Assembly: GCA_964349465.1 (NCBI GenBank)
Contig: CAYGGC010000008.1
Coordinates: 1-52,354, forward strand
Origin: an uncultured Gammaproteobacteria bacterium
GTDB lineage: Bacteria > Patescibacteriota > Patescibacteriia > SBBC01 > CAIJZX01
DNA length: 52,354 bases
Direction: 5' to 3'
The notes under the pieces: generated by a model
What the model was told of the DNA's origin: nothing
Database searches by the model: none
Seen by the model: the letters and a program-made list of their open reading frames with translations, nothing else
Position numbers and translations under genes: made by a program
Shown here: positions 50,862-52,354 of the stretch, piece by piece
Layout: each line of letters begins with the position of its first letter
How positions within the stretch are numbered: the stretch's first letter is position 1

Positions 50862-51070
50862 ATTTTGAACTCAAATGAAACCAAACCCGATTTCCTTCGT
50901 CTCATATCCGCTGTTGTGCGGAGTATTCTTTTTCTTTTTTCTAAGAGAGGAGGCGGATATAAATCTTTGTAATTTCTTTTGGTGTATGTGAAACACCCCA
51001 GCACAAATCGTACTGGGGCTGTCTACTTTTGCCTGCTGGCGTAAGAGCTTGGATGGGTGTCTGTCCTCGA

Positions 51071-51364
51071 CTAGTAGTTGGACCACTCTCCGGTGGTTAG
51101 CCACCTGGCTTCACGCCGGTTGAGGGCCTCCAGCCGCAAGCCCGAGAAAAACCCCCACGAACCGTAGGCCATTAGCGCCATGCCAAATCCGAGGTGTGCA
51201 GGACCGGGCGCCGTAAGCCCTGGAAAGCCGTCGATCAAGTAGAAGGTTAACAGCATAACACCGGTACCTGCGCCAAGGAACGAGATGATCCATACAAAGC
51301 GATACCACCGCATCCAACACATACAGATGCGAGCCCTAGCATCTTGCTCCATAGTGATTTGCAT
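51071..51364 (-). CDS. Two-TM membrane protein, cassette S7-S8
   Basis: GGAGG RBS; promoter TTGACT-17 nt-TAAGGT upstream. Confidence 0.6.
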   Translation of the reverse strand: MQITMEQDARARICMCWMRWYRFVWIISFLGAGTGVMLLTFYLIDGFPGLTAPGPAHLGFGMALMAYGSWGFFSGLRLEALNRREARWLTTGEWSNY

Positions 51365-51535
51365 CTGTCCTCCAAGGCGAATGTTTGACGACAAGGAGCG
51401 AATGGATATTCCGCCGATACCTTAGCTTTCTGTCAGTCCAAAGTCAAGCCCACTCCATTGTGGATCGATATTAAATAGAAAAAAAAGATTTTTATCTGCC
51501 TCGAGCGTTAGCCGGAAAAAGAAAAAGAATATTTC

Positions 51536-51592
51536 GTACAACGTTTGCGCGGATATGATTGTACGAAGTATATCGTATACGCGCTGTTAGTC
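51536..51592. repeat. attC-like site S8 (short)
   Basis: GTACAAC-GTTT-GCGCGGATATGAT..ACGAAGT..ATCGTATACGCGC-T-GTTAGTC. Confidence 0.8.
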
Positions 51593-51599
51593 GATGTGT

Positions 51600-51881
51600 T
51601 TATTGCCCAGTAGTGATTCCATAACCGCGACCACATATACCTGAATAGGCATTCGCGTCTGTCACAAAGCGCCCAAGTAAATAGGAGACTACGCTAATTA
51701 TAAGTACAATAATTGTAATCGTTCTCCAACGACGTAAGTAGTTCAACTGTCGTTGTTGATCTCCGTTGCGTTTTATCCTTTGCATGAACACTGTAACCAG
51801 GATAAAAACAATGATAGATAGTGCCGGAAGGACACCAGCGAAAAGTGTATCGAGAACACTTGAACAGGTATAAGGATTCAT
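51600..51881 (-). CDS. Two-TM hypothetical protein, cassette S8-S9
   Basis: Fills the segment; stop lies inside the repeat arm. Confidence 0.65.
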   Translation of the reverse strand: MNPYTCSSVLDTLFAGVLPALSIIVFILVTVFMQRIKRNGDQQRQLNYLRRWRTITIIVLIISVVSYLLGRFVTDANAYSGICGRGYGITTGQ

Positions 51882-51916
51882 AGGTTATTAGGGCAATCTT
51901 CTGCAATAAATATTTC

Positions 51917-51973
51917 GACTAACGTTTGCGTCTCATACGACGTACTCGCTATTTCGTATAGACGCTGTTAGGA
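51917..51973. repeat. attC-like site S9 (short)
   Basis: GACTAAC-GTTT-GCGTCT(C)ATACGA..TCGTATAGACGC-T-GTTAGGA; close relative of S4. Confidence 0.8.
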
Positions 51974-52001
51974 GATGTAACTAGAAATTTCCCAAGAACA
52001 G

Positions 52002-52271
52002 CTAAAATTTATTTATTGCATCCAATGCATCTTTGGTGGACAATTTCTCACCTTTTAGGCGTGACTTTACCGCTCGATAAAGTAGTCGGTATGAAAGAAA
52101 GCTGGCTAGCCAATAACTCGGAATAAGCAAAATTACTACCCCCCACAGAATATAATTAGTGTATTTTTCAGGAAATATCATCCCACTAATGACAATGAGA
52201 ACTCCCAAGAGAATTCCAGTGAATACTACTTTCAGTATCCTCAATAATAGTTTCATTTGCCTATCATACAA
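52002..52271 (-). CDS. Two-TM hypothetical protein, cassette S9-S10
   Basis: Fills the segment between S9 and S10. Confidence 0.65.
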   Translation of the reverse strand: MYDRQMKLLLRILKVVFTGILLGVLIVISGMIFPEKYTNYILWGVVILLIPSYWLASFLSYRLLYRAVKSRLKGEKLSTKDALDAINKF

Positions 52272-52298
52272 TAATCAATAGAAATTTCTAGCTATTTC

Positions 52299-52354
52299 TC
52301 CTAACGTTTGCGGATATCCGGAGTTGTGTAGTCCGCGTGGCGGTACAATTTTAC
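52299..52354. repeat. attC-like site S10, left arm only (truncated by the window end), long-type
   Basis: TCCTAAC-GTTT-GCGGATATCC-GGAGTT..GGCGGTACAAT, the same layout as the S7 left arm. Confidence 0.7.

Larger units (their letters stand above)
47089..50919. repeat. attC-like site S7 whose loop holds 3.7 kb of cargo
   Basis: Left arm GACTAAC-GTTT-GCGGATATGA..GACGAAGGAAATCGGGTTTG (47171-47190); right arm CAAACCCGATTTCCTTCGTC-TCATATCCGC-T-GTTGTGC (50882-50919). Perfect 20 bp and 10 bp inverted repeats. Confidence 0.8.
35421..52354 (-). mobile_element. Integron-like gene cassette array, no integrase in window, open at the right edge
   Basis: Ten related palindromic AAC...GTT sites, complementary ends of each inter-site segment, accessory and defence cargo mostly on the minus strand and largely AT-rich. 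Confidence 0.8.

Noticed and set aside
47190..50881. Intact prophage or integrative element
   Set aside because: No integrase, replication or structural genes; bounded by the S7 arms rather than att direct repeats.
35429..52354. CRISPR array interpretation of the repeats
   Set aside because: Spacing is irregular (hundreds of bases to kilobases), intervals contain whole genes, repeats vary with compensatory changes, and no cas genes are present.

Overview
Bacterial chromosomal window, most likely from a Patescibacteria/CPR genome. That assignment is inferred from a 23S rRNA gene not linked to 16S and carrying a group I intron, giant secreted LamG/FN3 proteins, minor pilins and many apparently leaderless genes. 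Left part (1-35.4 kb): most of a minus-strand 23S rRNA gene with an ORF-less group I intron at L2500 that appears to end in A rather than G, a ~950-nt structured 5' leader, two giant surface proteins, a GH1 glycosidase, CapA, rmlCBDA, three pilin-like genes, tRNA-Leu(TAG), a lamin-tail/PKD/OB-fold protein, prs and polA. Right part (35.4 kb to the window end): an integron-like cassette array starting immediately after the polA stop. Ten non-canonical attC-like palindromic sites (S1-S10, consensus ATTTC-N4-AAC-GTTT-stem...stem-T-GTT) alternate with gene-bearing segments whose two ends are complementary to each other. Three sites carry genes inside their own loop (0.5, 0.45 and 3.7 kb), closed by perfect long-range inverted repeats, and one site (S6) shows the same fold empty. 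Cargo includes restriction-modification-like genes, a TIR/membrane pair, HigBA, DUF262-HNH, MazG-like, SDR and ORFan genes. No integrase is visible and the array runs off the right edge. All calls were made by eye; no database searches were run.
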